A DNA stretch of 32,000 nt, from the NCBI RefSeq assembly GCF_000020385.1, contig NC_010814.1, forward strand, positions 3,150,001-3,182,000. Reading direction: 5' to 3'. The position numbers and the translations under genes were made by a program. Positions within the stretch are counted from its first letter, which is position 1, and every line of letters begins with the position of its first letter. The notes below the pieces were generated by a model, which ran no database searches, was not told where the DNA came from, and saw only the letters and a list, made by a program, of their open reading frames with translations. The DNA is from Trichlorobacter lovleyi SZ. Its GTDB lineage: Bacteria; Desulfobacterota; Desulfuromonadia; Geobacterales; Pseudopelobacteraceae. Shown here in pieces: positions 31,028-32,000 of this stretch.

Positions 31028-32000
31028 ATGGACATGAACCTGCTCAACCAGATCCTGGGGATTGCCTTTGAAAAACGGGTCTCTGACCTGCACTTCGAGG
31101 TGGACAACCCACCGTTTTTCAGGGCTCACGGCCAATTGATCCGCTCAAAACTGCCCTCCCTGACCCCACAGGATACCGAGTTTATCGCCAAGACCGTGCT
31201 GGCCCAGAGTAATCGCCAGCTGCCCGAAGACCTACGGGAACTTGATGCGGCCTATGCCCTGCCCAATGGCGGCCGGTTCCGGGTCAGCATCTTCCGCCAA
31301 CGCTGCAGCGTCGGTATCGTGATGAGGGTCATCCCTCCCTACATCGCCGCCTTCAACGAACTGAATCTGCCCCCGGTACTGGGAGAGATCTGCCAGGCTC
31401 CCAACGGCCTGATCCTGGTTACCGGCCCAACCGGCAACGGCAAGTCCACCACCCTGGCCTCCATGCTGCAGTTCATCAACCAGAACGACAGTTTCAACAT
31501 CATCACCATAGAGGATCCGATTGAGTTCCTGTTCGCCTCGGACAAAAGCTGCATCATCCAGCGTGAAGTCGGGATCGATACCGGCAGCTTCAGCGCCGCC
31601 CTGAAGGCATCACTGCGGATGGACCCTGACGTGATCATGGTAGGGGAGATGCGGGACCTGGAGACGATTGACTCCTGCATCAAGGCGGCCGAGACCGGCC
31701 ACCTGGTCTTCTCCACCCTGCATACCCAGAGCGCCTCTTCAACCATCAACCGCCTGGTGGGACACTTCCCCCCCGACGCCCAGGAGGTGATCCGCCAACG
31801 GCTGGCCGACATTCTGGTGGCAACCATCTCGTTACGCCTGATTAACGACAAGACCGGCGAGCGGGTACTGCCGGTGGTTGAGATCATGCGTACCACCACC
31901 ACCATTCAGGCCTGTATCCGTGAGGGGCGTTTCGACGAGATTGAGAAGCATATCGAGAACGGCCGCACCCAGTACCAGATGCAGTCCCTTGATCAGCACC
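31028..32000 (+). CDS. pilT: type IV pilus retraction ATPase PilT paralog (3' end outside window)
   Basis: ATG 31028; the frame is open to the window end. Walker A GPTGNGKSTT, Asp box ITIEDPIEF, Walker B DPDVIMVGEMRD, His box GHLVFSTLHT. The PilT signature AIRNLIRE is present in the variant form TIQACIRE. Confidence 0.9.
   Translation, partial: MDMNLLNQILGIAFEKRVSDLHFEVDNPPFFRAHGQLIRSKLPSLTPQDTEFIAKTVLAQSNRQLPEDLRELDAAYALPNGGRFRVSIFRQRCSVGIVMRVIPPYIAAFNELNLPPVLGEICQAPNGLILVTGPTGNGKSTTLASMLQFINQNDSFNIITIEDPIEFLFASDKSCIIQREVGIDTGSFSAALKASLRMDPDVIMVGEMRDLETIDSCIKAAETGHLVFSTLHTQSASSTINRLVGHFPPDAQEVIRQRLADILVATISLRLINDKTGERVLPVVEIMRTTTTIQACIREGRFDEIEKHIENGRTQYQMQSLDQH

Noticed and set aside
31339-31905. 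188-aa minus-strand ORF inside pilT
   Set aside because: It is an antisense shadow of an unambiguous PilT ATPase frame (Walker A/B, Asp and His boxes).
1-32000. Scan for CRISPR arrays, tRNA/rRNA genes, IS elements, integrases, and toxin-antitoxin or known defence genes
   Set aside because: No spaced direct-repeat arrays are present. No intergenic region is long enough for or resembles a structured RNA gene; the longest gaps are about 100-190 bp. No transposase, integrase or recombinase motif appears in any ORF translation.

Overview
Gene-dense, high-GC chromosomal segment with about 33 CDS, two of them cut by the window edges. I recognised no rRNA, tRNA, CRISPR array, transposase or integrase. 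All calls come from reading the ORF translations for family motifs, plus start-codon/RBS and DNA-motif inspection; no searches were run. The gene content suggests a Geobacter/Desulfuromonadales-like anaerobe, but that is inference only. It includes many sensor kinases, a sigma-54 enhancer-binding regulator, REC-GGDEF, an MCP, a PilT paralog, HypE, a LarE-like protein and an Rrf2 regulator. Recognisable housekeeping genes are comF-family, ybaK, hypE, bamD, plsY, tpx, a beta-carbonic anhydrase and pilT. Signalling genes are very dense: five histidine kinases (one partial, two hybrid), one NtrC-type regulator, one REC-GGDEF cyclase and one chemoreceptor. The best candidate for an undescribed system is the minus-strand block 3032-7599. 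It holds a histidine kinase and a sigma-54 response regulator, then a 190-bp gap, then three tightly packed genes. The gap has a UAS-like dyad, an IHF-like site and a degenerate -24/-12 element. The three genes encode signal-peptide proteins: a Thr-rich ~80-aa disordered protein, a 171-aa protein with a Gly/Gln/Arg tail, and a MetA-type beta-barrel with a poly-Thr insert. Secondary leads are: (1) a 442-aa orphan that looks like a remote FabV/TER-type reductase, next to an orphan hypE; (2) an Rrf2 regulator with an unusual Cys spacing, followed by an orphan LarE-like PP-loop sulfur transferase; (3) a DUF4388 protein with an MshEN-like c-di-GMP motif and a GAF-like tail, upstream of a PilT paralog; (4) split and fused versions of a periplasmic-binding-domain kinase in the same window.
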